DNA of 64,000 nucleotides from Spirochaetaceae bacterium (GTDB lineage Bacteria > Spirochaetota > Spirochaetia > DSM-2461), in contig JAOPTT010000008.1 of the NCBI GenBank assembly GCA_051531975.1, positions 73,263 to 137,262 on the forward strand, in the 5' to 3' direction. The notes beneath the pieces were generated by a model. It saw only the letters and a list, made by a program, of their open reading frames with translations. It did no database searches and was not told where the DNA came from. Position numbers and translations under genes: made by a program. Within the stretch, counting starts at the first letter, position 1; every line of letters begins with the position of its first letter. Positions 9,501 to 19,175 of this stretch are shown one piece after another.

Positions 9501-9899
9501 CTATAACCATTTCCCTACAATTATTGTGGTCCCTATTCCAACTTTAGATTCAATACTAAAATCGTCCATAATTCTCTTAACACTAGATAGACCAAGCCCT
9601 AAACTATTTTTAGTTGTACTATAACCATCTTCCATAACTATATCTACATTTCTAATCCCTGGACCAGTATCTTTTGCAATTATTTTAATTCCACTAACTT
9701 TGTCTTTAAATGAATTACTTAAATTTATAGTTCCACTTTTTGTATATCGAATTATATTTGTTGCTAATTCGGATACAGCTGTTGCTATTAACACAGCTGT
9801 AACTCCACTAAATCCAAGCTTTTCAGCATAAATTCTAGTTTCTAAAATAATCTGATATACATTATCAGTTTTTTCAATATTGAAGACTATATCTGGCAT
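9501..9899 (-). CDS. rsbT: RsbT-like serine kinase (HATPase_c)
   Basis: TAVSELATNIIRY, DTGPGI, DGYST..SLGLGL..VKRIMDDF, GT..KW. Confidence 0.9.
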   Translation of the reverse strand: MPDIVFNIEKTDNVYQIILETRIYAEKLGFSGVTAVLIATAVSELATNIIRYTKSGTINLSNSFKDKVSGIKIIAKDTGPGIRNVDIVMEDGYSTTKNSLGLGLSSVKRIMDDFSIESKVGIGTTIIVGKWL

Positions 9900-9914
9900 G
9901 TATATCTGTCCAAC

Positions 9915-10715
9915 TTACATATCAATTACTTTTAAGTTTACAAGACTAAAACCTTGAGCTAAAGCATCACTTAAAGTTGATTTAGTAATTATCCCATCCA
10001 TTTCAACACCTAGTTGAACAATAGTTTGGGCTACCGCAGGGGAAATTCCTGATATAATACATGTACAACCCATTAATTGTGTAGCTTTAGTTATTTTAAT
10101 CAGATGATTAGCAACCGCTGTATCTACAGCTAATACTCCAGAAATATCTAAAATTATTACTTTTGCCGAAGTAGTCACTATTTTTTCAAGCATTTTTTCC
10201 ATCATGTGTTGTGCTCTATTAGAGTCAATTATTCCAATGATAGGTAAGATAACAATACCATCCCATAATTTTATTGTTGGAGTTGATATTTCCTGAATAG
10301 TTTTTGATTGTTCTTTAAGTTTATCTTCATGTTTAATCTGATCTGTAATATCTAAAATATACTCTAAACCACCTATAATTTCACCACTGTCATCTTTTAA
10401 TGGAACTGCAAAATATTCTATTGGAACCTTTTGACCATCTAGAGTAATTTCATTTCTTGCAGTACATTTTTCACCTGTATTTATGGCCATTTTCATTCGG
10501 CAATCAGGAGTATTACAATGCCTTGAACAAAATAGATCTGCGCATATTTCTCCTGTTACTGTATCCATGTCTTTACCAAGCATAGTTAAAGCTGCTTGGT
10601 TCATGTAAAAAACTTCTAATTCCCTAGTTACTGCCATTACAGGTGTAGGTATTTGATCTAATATTTGTGTCGATAATTTATCACTCATTGTTTTTAATTC
10701 TTTTTTAGTTTTCAT
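9915..10715 (-). CDS. rsbR: RsbR-like stressosome sensor: Cys-rich PAS domain plus STAS domain
   Basis: EISTP..LWDG..LPIIGIIDS.RA, ILDISGV..VDTAVA, GISPAVAQTIV STAS signature; N-terminal PAS ending ILDIT; AGGAG SD. Confidence 0.85.
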   Translation of the reverse strand: MKTKKELKTMSDKLSTQILDQIPTPVMAVTRELEVFYMNQAALTMLGKDMDTVTGEICADLFCSRHCNTPDCRMKMAINTGEKCTARNEITLDGQKVPIEYFAVPLKDDSGEIIGGLEYILDITDQIKHEDKLKEQSKTIQEISTPTIKLWDGIVILPIIGIIDSNRAQHMMEKMLEKIVTTSAKVIILDISGVLAVDTAVANHLIKITKATQLMGCTCIISGISPAVAQTIVQLGVEMDGIITKSTLSDALAQGFSLVNLKVIDM

Positions 10716-10789
10716 TGTAAAACTCCTAGATATTATTATATATAATAACGGAAAATGTGGAAATTTACTAATTAATTTCGTTAATTTAC

Positions 10790-10819
10790 AAAAAAAAAGA
10801 GGATAATGAATATCCTCTT
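10790..10819 (-). terminator. Intrinsic terminator after tyrS
   Basis: AGAGGATA-ttcat-TATCCTCT followed by a long T run on the minus strand. Confidence 0.85.
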
Positions 10820-10837
10820 CTGTAGATGAACTTTAAT

Positions 10838-12070
10838 TTATTTTAGTATAACTCTAAAAAATCTCTTTTTACCTGCTTTTAATATAATATCACTATCTTC
10901 AGTTTTATCAGAAACAGTTATTAAAGCCTTAGGATCACTATTTTTTTCGCCATTAACAGCAGCTCCATTTTGAGTTACAAGACGTCTTGCATCACTTTTA
11001 CTTCCACATAATCCAGTATCAGTAAAAAGATCAACAATATTAAAGCCCTCTTCAAACTGAGATTTAGAATATTCTTTTGAAGGCATTCCAGTTTTATCTG
11101 CTGTACCACCAGATGTAAAAGCTGCTTTTGCAGCATCTCTTGCTTTATTAGCTTCGACCTCACCGTGGATAATTTTTGTTAATTCATATGCTAAAACTTC
11201 TTTTGAAGCGTTTATCTCTGCTCCAGGAGCATTTCCTAATCGATCACACTCTTCTACAGGTAAAAATGTATATATCTTTAGAAACTTACCAACATCGGAA
11301 TCGGTAACATTTCTCCAATACTGGAAAAACTCGTAAACTGGAGTTAATGCTGGATCTAGGAACACTGCACCTTTCTCTGTTTTACCCATTTTTTTACCAT
11401 CGGATCTTGTAACTAAAGGAAACGTTAAACCAACTGTTTCATTTCCTTCAACACGTCTTATTAAATCCATACCTGCAACAATATTACCCCACTGATCATC
11501 TCCACCAATTTGAAGTGTACAACCATATGTTCTATTTAATTCTAAAAAGTCGTAGGATTGCAATAACTGATAGTTAAATTCAATAAAACTAAGTCCTGTT
11601 TCTAGTCTCTTTTTATATGTTTCAAAAGTTAACATTCTGTTTACACTAAAATGTCGACCAATATCTCTTAAGAACTCAATATAGTTTAAACCGGTTAACC
11701 AGTCTGCATTATCAAGTAACAGAGCTTTATCATCATCAAACTCAACAAAGTTTGCAATCTGACGTTTTAGAGATTCAGCATTCTCTTTAATCTTATCAAC
11801 AGTTAACATCTGTCTCATCTCTGACTTACCAGATGGATCACCGATTCTTGCAGTTCCACCACCAACTAAGGCAACAGGTCTATGTCCAGCTTGCTGCATG
11901 TGGTACATAGCGTATAAAGGAACTAAATGCCCACAATGAAGTGATGGCCCAGTTGGGTCAAAACCACAGTAAAACCGTACACTTTCTTCTTCTAGCTTTT
12001 TAGATAAAAGTTCTTCGTTTGTACACTGTTTAAAAAAGCCTCTAGCTTTTAATAAATCTAGTATTGCCAT
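10838..12070 (-). CDS. tyrS: Tyrosine--tRNA ligase
   Basis: YCGFDPT..SLHCGH, QIGGDDQWGNI, KMGKT, C-terminal S4 domain. Confidence 0.97.
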   Translation of the reverse strand: MAILDLLKARGFFKQCTNEELLSKKLEEESVRFYCGFDPTGPSLHCGHLVPLYAMYHMQQAGHRPVALVGGGTARIGDPSGKSEMRQMLTVDKIKENAESLKRQIANFVEFDDDKALLLDNADWLTGLNYIEFLRDIGRHFSVNRMLTFETYKKRLETGLSFIEFNYQLLQSYDFLELNRTYGCTLQIGGDDQWGNIVAGMDLIRRVEGNETVGLTFPLVTRSDGKKMGKTEKGAVFLDPALTPVYEFFQYWRNVTDSDVGKFLKIYTFLPVEECDRLGNAPGAEINASKEVLAYELTKIIHGEVEANKARDAAKAAFTSGGTADKTGMPSKEYSKSQFEEGFNIVDLFTDTGLCGSKSDARRLVTQNGAAVNGEKNSDPKALITVSDKTEDSDIILKAGKKRFFRVILK

Positions 12071-13470
12071 TATTTCTTCTCTACCCTTTTGTAATTTTTC
12101 ATTTCTAATTTAATTCTAGCAGCTAGTTCTGATCTTTTAACTCTAACTTGCTCCATAGTATCTCTAAATCTTAATGTAACTGAGTCATCCTCTTTAGAGT
12201 CATAATCAACAGTTATACAAAATGGAGTACCAACTTCATCCATTCTTCGATATCTTTTACCAATAGCTCCAGATTGATCAAAAAATGTTACATAGTCTTC
12301 TCTAAGTTCTTTTTCGATATCTTTTGCTAGTTCAGCGATTCCATCTTTTTTAACTAAAGGAAGAACAGCAACTTTGATTGGTGCAACATCTGGGTGAAAG
12401 TGAAGTACAGTTCTAACATCAGGTTTCCCTTTTTTGTCTTCACCTAATAATTCCTCATCGTAGGCATCAGTTAAAGCTATTAAAACAGACCGTGTTAAAC
12501 CAGCTGAAGTTTCAATAACATATGGGATATACCACTCGTTAGTTTCCTGGTCTAAGTAGTTAATCTCTTTACCACAAAACTTTGAGTGTTGGGTTAAGTC
12601 GTAGTCAGTTCTTGAGTGGATGCCCTCAAGTTCTTCCCAACCAAATGGGAATTTATACTCTATATCAAATGCATCTTTTGCATAAAATGCTAATTCACCT
12701 TCGCCATGTCTATGAAATTGTAAATGGGATGGTCTAACACCTAATTTTTCTGTGTAGTAAGCTTTTCTAGCTTCCATCCAATATTCAAACCACTTATCGT
12801 CTGTACCTGGTTTTACAAAAAATTGCATCTCCATCTGTTCAAACTCACAGGTTCTAAATATAAAGTTCTTAGTAGTAATCTCATTTCTAAATGCTTTTCC
12901 AACCTGGGCAATACCAAATGGTATTTTAACTCTAGAAGTATCAACAACATTTTTAAAGTTAACAAAAATACCCTGAGCTGTTTCAGGTCTTAAATATACC
13001 TTCATAGAAGAATCTTCTACAGCACCCATCTGAGTTGAGAACATTAAGTTAAAGTTTCTAGGATCTGTTAACTCTCCACCACACTCTGGACACTCTTTGC
13101 TATCAATATATTTTTGTTCAAGTTTATCTTCTCTAAATCTTGTTTTACACTTTTTACAATCAACTAAAGGGTCAGAAAAGTTAGCTACATGACCTGAAGC
13201 TTCCCAAGTTTTAGGGTGCATCATAATTGCAGCATCTAAACCAACTATATTCTCTTGGCTTCTAGTCATCTCTTTCCACCAAATTTCCTGAATATTCTTT
13301 TTAAGTTCAACACCTAATGGACCATAATCCCAAGTTGCTGATAGTCCACCGTAAATCTCTGATGATGGGAAAACAAAACCCCGTCTTTTACATAGAGATA
13401 CAAGTTTCTCCATTGATACTCCAGATTCATCTGTCATATTATTTGCTGTAATTTTTTTACTCTTAGCCAT
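12070..13470 (-). CDS. glyQS: Glycine--tRNA ligase, homodimeric (alpha2) type
   Basis: DYGPLG, LRPETAQGIF, GKAFRNEI, EFEQME, IGKRYRRMDE. Confidence 0.96.
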   Translation of the reverse strand: MAKSKKITANNMTDESGVSMEKLVSLCKRRGFVFPSSEIYGGLSATWDYGPLGVELKKNIQEIWWKEMTRSQENIVGLDAAIMMHPKTWEASGHVANFSDPLVDCKKCKTRFREDKLEQKYIDSKECPECGGELTDPRNFNLMFSTQMGAVEDSSMKVYLRPETAQGIFVNFKNVVDTSRVKIPFGIAQVGKAFRNEITTKNFIFRTCEFEQMEMQFFVKPGTDDKWFEYWMEARKAYYTEKLGVRPSHLQFHRHGEGELAFYAKDAFDIEYKFPFGWEELEGIHSRTDYDLTQHSKFCGKEINYLDQETNEWYIPYVIETSAGLTRSVLIALTDAYDEELLGEDKKGKPDVRTVLHFHPDVAPIKVAVLPLVKKDGIAELAKDIEKELREDYVTFFDQSGAIGKRYRRMDEVGTPFCITVDYDSKEDDSVTLRFRDTMEQVRVKRSELAARIKLEMKNYKRVEKK

Positions 13471-13526
13471 ATTTCTTCCTTTCTATTAGTTAGTGCTCTT
13501 AGAAAATCAACCATTCAGGTTAATTT

Positions 13527-14990
13527 TTAACTAAGAGCATCTAGGGTATTTTTAACCCTTTCTATTGCTCTATCTTTACCAATTAGTCCAATGGACTCAA
13601 AAAGTGGTGGTGATGTTTTAGTTCCAGTTACTGCAACCCTTAAAGGCATAAATAGTTGCCCTACTTTAACTTCTAAGGTATTACATAGCTCTTTAAAAAT
13701 AACTTCATTTTCTTCGTTTGTATGGTTATTATAATCTTCTAATAACGGAATTGTTGCTTCTAAAACTCTAGAAACATCATTTTTCTCCATTTTTTTAGGG
13801 ATTAATATATCCATATCGTAGGATTCAACCTCGTTAAACAGGAAGTTTATGCAATCTACAATATCTGTAGTTAAAGTTAATCTCTCTCTAAATATAGGCA
13901 TCGCATTTATAAAGATCTTTTTTTCATCTACTGTTATTGGTTTTGATACAACTTTAGCATTTTCAAGAATAGGTATTAAAAGTGCCTCTAATTTTGTGTC
14001 TTCTAATTTTCTTAAATACTGGCCATTAAACCAATCTAATTTTTTATAATCAAATGTTCCTGCAGATTTGTTAATCTTATCTAAAGTAAAAACTTCTTCA
14101 AATTCCTCTTTAGTAAAAAATTCTCTTTTGTCATCAAATGCCCAACCAACCATTGTTACATAGTTAATCAGACCTTCAGGTATATAACCACCATCTCTAA
14201 ACTGAATTAAAGAAGTTGCTCCATGTCTTTTAGAAAGTTTTTTACCATCTTTACCTATAACCATAGGTAAGTGGGCATATTGGGGAGGAGTCCAACCAAA
14301 TGCTTCGTATAACATTTTATGAACCGGAGCAGATGGTATCCACTCTTGAGCTCTTAATATATGTGTTATTTCCATAAAATGGTCATCTATAACATTAGCT
14401 AAATGGTATGTAGGAAATCCATCGGCTTTCATCAAAATAGGATCAACCATTACATCTCTGTTTTTTCTTGTTATTTTACCCATTACAATGTCTTCAAAGC
14501 TGGTTTTACCCTCTATTGGAACTATTAACCTTAATACTGGTTTTACTCCACTATCGATTAGTCCTTGCTTCTCTTCTTCTGTTATACTTTGACACTTTCT
14601 ATCATACCCTGGGTCAAGTTTATTAGCTTGTTGGTATTCTCTTAGATCGTTTAATCTCTGTTCAGTACAATAACAGTAATATGCTTTTCCACTATCTACT
14701 AACTTCCCAGCATACTCTCTGTAAAGTTCTGTTCTTTCTGACTGAACATATGGACCAAAATCTCCACCTTTAACAGGGCTTTCATCGAATTCAATGCCTA
14801 ACCATCTGAATGTTTCATATAGGTCGTCTAGAGCCTCGTCTGAATATCTGTTTCTATCAGTGTCTTCTACCCTTAAGATAAAATCTCCACCATTAGCTTT
14901 TGCAAAAAAATAGTTGAATAATGCTGTTCTAACACCACCTATATGTTGTAACCCTGTTGGGGATGGTGCGTAACGAACTCTTACTTTCAT
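13527..14990 (-). CDS. gltX: Glutamate--tRNA ligase
   Basis: RYAPSPTGLQHIGG, KLSKRHG, SPPLF. Confidence 0.97.
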   Translation of the reverse strand: MKVRVRYAPSPTGLQHIGGVRTALFNYFFAKANGGDFILRVEDTDRNRYSDEALDDLYETFRWLGIEFDESPVKGGDFGPYVQSERTELYREYAGKLVDSGKAYYCYCTEQRLNDLREYQQANKLDPGYDRKCQSITEEEKQGLIDSGVKPVLRLIVPIEGKTSFEDIVMGKITRKNRDVMVDPILMKADGFPTYHLANVIDDHFMEITHILRAQEWIPSAPVHKMLYEAFGWTPPQYAHLPMVIGKDGKKLSKRHGATSLIQFRDGGYIPEGLINYVTMVGWAFDDKREFFTKEEFEEVFTLDKINKSAGTFDYKKLDWFNGQYLRKLEDTKLEALLIPILENAKVVSKPITVDEKKIFINAMPIFRERLTLTTDIVDCINFLFNEVESYDMDILIPKKMEKNDVSRVLEATIPLLEDYNNHTNEENEVIFKELCNTLEVKVGQLFMPLRVAVTGTKTSPPLFESIGLIGKDRAIERVKNTLDALS

Positions 14991-15060
14991 AGGATACCTC
15001 GTCCTTGTTTATTGTATTGAATGGTATTATATATAAAAACCTCTGTCTCTAACAAGATGT

Positions 15061-16296
15061 TTATGCTTTTGACTGCTTTAAAACCATCTGTTTTCTTCTA
15101 CTTAAATAACTCTCTATTCGATCTAGTGCTTCTTTTAAAAGTTTTGTATCAGCTAAAAATATAATTCTAAAGTGATCCGGTGTTTTCAAATTAAAACCAG
15201 AGCCTTGAACTAAAAGAACTTTTGTCTCTAATAACAGATCTTTAATAAATTCACTATCATTAGTTATACCATACATCTTTATATCAATTTTAGGAAAACA
15301 ATAGAGGGCTGCTTCTGGTTTAGTACAAGTTATACCAGGAATATTAATAAGTCTTTCGTAACAGTAGTTCATAGATTCATATAACCTACCACCCTTTTCT
15401 ATAAGCTCATTTATTGATTGATAACCACCCAAGGCTGTCTGAATAGCCAATTGCCCTGGGACATTAGAACATAATCTCATATTAGATAACATTAAAATTC
15501 CCTCTATATAATCTTTAGCAATTTGTCTGTTACCTGATAAAATCATCCACCCAGATCTATATCCAGCAGCTCTATAGGATTTTGATAAACCATTAAAAGT
15601 TACAAAAAAGATATCATCAGCTAAACTTGCTATAGAAGTATGTTTACCACCATATGTAATTTTATCATAAATTTCATCCGCATATATAATCAAAGAATGT
15701 TCCCGGGCAATTTTAATTATTCCCTCTAAGATCTCTAATGGATACAAACTTCCTGTAGGATTATTAGGATTAATAACAACAATAGCTTTTGTTGTTTTAG
15801 TAATTTTAGATTCAATATCAGCTAAATTAGGGTTCCAGTTATTTTCTTCATCACATTTATAGTGAATTGCCTTACCACCTGATAAAGTTGCTGAAGCTGT
15901 CCATAATGGATAATCTGGCTCTGGAATTAGTATTTCATCTCCATCATTTAATAAAGCTTGCATAGATATACCAATAAGTTCACTGACTCCGTTACCAATA
16001 AATATATCTTCTACATCAACATTTTTAATAAAATTTTTCTGACATTCATGCATTATTGCTTTTCTTGCAGCAAAAAGACCATTTGATGCACAATAACCAT
16101 CAGCTTCTGAAAAGTTTCTAATTACATCCCTTGTTATCTCTTCTGGAGTTTCTAAACCAAAAGGTGCAGGATTACCAATATTTAGCTTAATTAGTCTATA
16201 ACCCTCTTCTTCTAGACGTTTCGCTTCTTCGTATATTGGTCCTCTAATGTCATAACAGACATTTTTTAGCTTATTTGATTTAGTAATTTTATACAT
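15061..16296 (-). CDS. alaA: PLP-dependent class I aminotransferase, AlaA-like
   Basis: VCYDIRGP, KLNIGNPA, GNGVSELI, PDYPLWTA, NGLSKSYRAAGYRSGW, MRLCSNVP. Confidence 0.85.
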   Translation of the reverse strand: MYKITKSNKLKNVCYDIRGPIYEEAKRLEEEGYRLIKLNIGNPAPFGLETPEEITRDVIRNFSEADGYCASNGLFAARKAIMHECQKNFIKNVDVEDIFIGNGVSELIGISMQALLNDGDEILIPEPDYPLWTASATLSGGKAIHYKCDEENNWNPNLADIESKITKTTKAIVVINPNNPTGSLYPLEILEGIIKIAREHSLIIYADEIYDKITYGGKHTSIASLADDIFFVTFNGLSKSYRAAGYRSGWMILSGNRQIAKDYIEGILMLSNMRLCSNVPGQLAIQTALGGYQSINELIEKGGRLYESMNYCYERLINIPGITCTKPEAALYCFPKIDIKMYGITNDSEFIKDLLLETKVLLVQGSGFNLKTPDHFRIIFLADTKLLKEALDRIESYLSRRKQMVLKQSKA

Positions 16297-16419
16297 AATT
16301 TATCCCTTTCTTCACTAATTACAGAACAATACTATAAAATGTTGCAATAATGTGCAAATATATATTAAAGTTATTATTATATAATTCCGTAAAATATAGT
16401 TAAGGAGAAGTGTAGAACT

Positions 16420-17583
16420 GTGATAAAAACGCCAATTGGCCAATTAAAAATAGATCATTATTATAATGTTGACCTATATCTAGATAAAAACTTTCTCCTT
16501 TTACCTGTAGATATTCAATATACAAAAGATATTGCAGACAATCTAAAAAGATGGAGTATAACACATATATTATCTAACGATGAACTTCAAGAAATTGCAG
16601 AAGAGGATCGTGTAGCACCTTTATCATCAACATCATCTATTACAGCAGGGGTTGAAGAACATCAAGGAAAACAACATGCAGAAGAGTTCTACATGAAATG
16701 TTTAGAATTTGTAAATGTTCTATTTAAAGATTTTAAAAACAATGAAAAACTTAATCTTAATAATGTAAGTGACAAAATTAAAGAGATTATTAAAGAAGTA
16801 AAAGAACACCCTCTTTATATATTAAGATTTGCAAGTCTTCCAAGTTTTGAACATGATTATATGGTTACACACGCTACAAAAACTACAATGTTAAGTATTG
16901 CTATTGGTGATAAATTAAAACTCCCACAACATAAACTTGTAGAACTTGGAATATCATGTCTATTCCATGAGATAGGTTTATTAAAATTACCAGAAAGATT
17001 ATATAATGGTGCGGGAAAAATTACAGATGAGGAAAAACAAGCCTTATCAACACACACAATACTGAGTTTTAGAATTTTAAAACAATTAAATGTATCAAGA
17101 GATGTATTATTAGGTGTTTTAGAACACCATGAAAGAGAAAATGCCTCAGGTTATCCTCAGAAACTTCCAGGTGAAAAGATTTCTCTATTTGGTAAAATAA
17201 TTTCTATAGCTTGTTCATTCGATGCACAAATATCTGATAGACCATTTAGAAATGGAAAAGATGCACACTCAAGTTTATTAAACATGATGCAGCAGATTGG
17301 AACTTTATATAACGATAAACTGATAAAAGGCTTAGTTGGCCTTTTAACAATATACCCTCTTGGATGTTATATTCAGATGGAAAATGGCTCAATTGCTAGA
17401 TCCATTGGTTATAACCCAGAAAATCCAACTTTTCCTATTATGCAACAAATAACCACGACTTCGGATAGTATTCTTGCCGAAAGACCTATTATCAATCTTT
17501 CTGAAGAGAATAGTTCTCTAGTCAAAAAAGTACTTTCTATAGCTGAAGCTAGGATGTTTGAGGAAAAACATAAAGTCAGTTGA
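16420..17583 (+). CDS. HD-GYP domain protein (c-di-GMP phosphodiesterase-like), HE variant
   Basis: LFHEIG, EHHERENASGYP, RPFR, IYPLG; GTG start with AGGAG SD. Confidence 0.85.
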   Translation: MIKTPIGQLKIDHYYNVDLYLDKNFLLLPVDIQYTKDIADNLKRWSITHILSNDELQEIAEEDRVAPLSSTSSITAGVEEHQGKQHAEEFYMKCLEFVNVLFKDFKNNEKLNLNNVSDKIKEIIKEVKEHPLYILRFASLPSFEHDYMVTHATKTTMLSIAIGDKLKLPQHKLVELGISCLFHEIGLLKLPERLYNGAGKITDEEKQALSTHTILSFRILKQLNVSRDVLLGVLEHHERENASGYPQKLPGEKISLFGKIISIACSFDAQISDRPFRNGKDAHSSLLNMMQQIGTLYNDKLIKGLVGLLTIYPLGCYIQMENGSIARSIGYNPENPTFPIMQQITTTSDSILAERPIINLSEENSSLVKKVLSIAEARMFEEKHKVS

Positions 17584-18563
17584 ATAATTTTAATTTAGCA
17601 ATTATCACATATTTAGAAGATAAGGATCCTATAACTTTGGATTCTTTTATATCTTCACCCTCTCAGGTATTGGAATCTCAATATATTTCGAAAGATCATT
17701 TTGTTTATTCTGAGGCCATAATAATATTAGATTCTCTAAATGCATATAATAAAGGTCTTTCAAATTCAGATAATGAAGAAAGATTACTGGAAATAAATGA
17801 TCAATCTCCATTCTATTCATGGAGATGTGCAACACTGGCTATAAAAGAGTTTTATAATGGAAATCAATTTCTTGTAAAAGAGTATCTTAATGATATTAGA
17901 GTTGAATCTCCTGTTTTGAAGATAAGAGATTTTATACTACTAGGCAGAAACCATAGCCTTATAATTCCAGATAAACATCTAAATAGCAGTGTTGATGCAT
18001 TAAGAGAAGTAATAGATAACTCATTAATTGATATGTATGAAGTTACTGTAAAGCTACTTTTGGATGACTTAAAAGGTCTAAATACTACGGATTTACACAA
18101 TATTTTAATAACAATAATAGAAGAATCTCTAGATATTATTCCTCTGACCATGATTCATAAATCTCTTATTAAATCAGTTGAAATGATGGAGACCCTAAGA
18201 CTTATGGCTTTAGGAACAATATTTAAGCACCCTATTATTAGCCTTCAGTATCTTTTTAGTTATATAAGTATTAATAACTTTTCTAGTAATCAGGACCCTA
18301 AATTAACTGCTCTACTAATAATTATATCAGATATTTCAAAAGCACTAAAAATAGAAAAATATAAATTTGTATCTACTAAGTCAAAAAAACAATTTAGCAC
18401 TAATTCTACTCTTTTTATTCAGGGGTTATCTGAGCTTTTTATTTTGGATTTTAAAGAGTCAAAAGACCCGCTAACAAACCTAATTAGAGCAATGAAGATT
18501 CCAAGCCCTAAAGTGGAAAATATTGAATATTCTAATGATATTTTTCAAGGAGAACTATTTTAA
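17580..18563 (+). CDS. Hypothetical helical protein
   Basis: 327-aa ORF overlapping HD-GYP stop and abutting next gene; no motif recognised with confidence. Confidence 0.65.
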   Translation: MNNFNLAIITYLEDKDPITLDSFISSPSQVLESQYISKDHFVYSEAIIILDSLNAYNKGLSNSDNEERLLEINDQSPFYSWRCATLAIKEFYNGNQFLVKEYLNDIRVESPVLKIRDFILLGRNHSLIIPDKHLNSSVDALREVIDNSLIDMYEVTVKLLLDDLKGLNTTDLHNILITIIEESLDIIPLTMIHKSLIKSVEMMETLRLMALGTIFKHPIISLQYLFSYISINNFSSNQDPKLTALLIIISDISKALKIEKYKFVSTKSKKQFSTNSTLFIQGLSELFILDFKESKDPLTNLIRAMKIPSPKVENIEYSNDIFQGELF

Positions 18564-18892
18564 TGAAAAATATAACTGATACAATTTTTGATGAACTAAA
18601 TATATTATTAAATCCATATAATGAACTTAAAATTTTAGAAAATAGTGATGATCAGACAATAAAAGAGGCATACAAACTATTAAAACAGGGGCAGTCCCCA
18701 GAGAAAATTGAACTTTTAACAATCTGTTACAATTTAATAAAAACAGAATCTCTTAGAGTTAGATATAGTTTATTAAATAATAGACCACTACAAAAATTAG
18801 ATGACATTAAAAAAATCGGTTTTAAGCCTAAGCAGATGGAAACAACAGATTGGATATCAATTATTAATGATGATCCTCTACATGAACTCTAG
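18563..18892 (+). CDS. Small degenerate J-domain-like protein without HPD
   Basis: NPY..L.......IKEAYK.L.....PE.......Y..I.....R..Y follows J-domain spacing; AGGAG SD. Confidence 0.55.
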   Translation: MKNITDTIFDELNILLNPYNELKILENSDDQTIKEAYKLLKQGQSPEKIELLTICYNLIKTESLRVRYSLLNNRPLQKLDDIKKIGFKPKQMETTDWISIINDDPLHEL

Positions 18893-19175
18893 CGACCTCT
18901 AAAACCTGTATTAAACATGGATCTTCAAGTTTATAAAATACATTTTTACCAACTTGTCTTCTAGTTACGATTTTTTTATCTTTTAATACTCTTAAATGAT
19001 GGCTAATTGCAGGCATACTCATATTTAACAGTTCTGATAACTCTAATACGCCAACTTCGGATTTTAATAAATAATACATAATTTTTAATCTAGTAGGATT
19101 ACCCATAACTTCTAAATGTGAGGATACATTTTCTATAGTTTTATCTGATGGTATATCTAGATCATTTTCTACCAT
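18864..19175 (-). CDS. ArsR/SmtB family transcriptional regulator
   Basis: GNPTRLKI...V.EL...SMPAISHHLRVLK...RRQVGKNVFY. Confidence 0.9.
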   Translation of the reverse strand: MVENDLDIPSDKTIENVSSHLEVMGNPTRLKIMYYLLKSEVGVLELSELLNMSMPAISHHLRVLKDKKIVTRRQVGKNVFYKLEDPCLIQVLEVARVHVEDHH

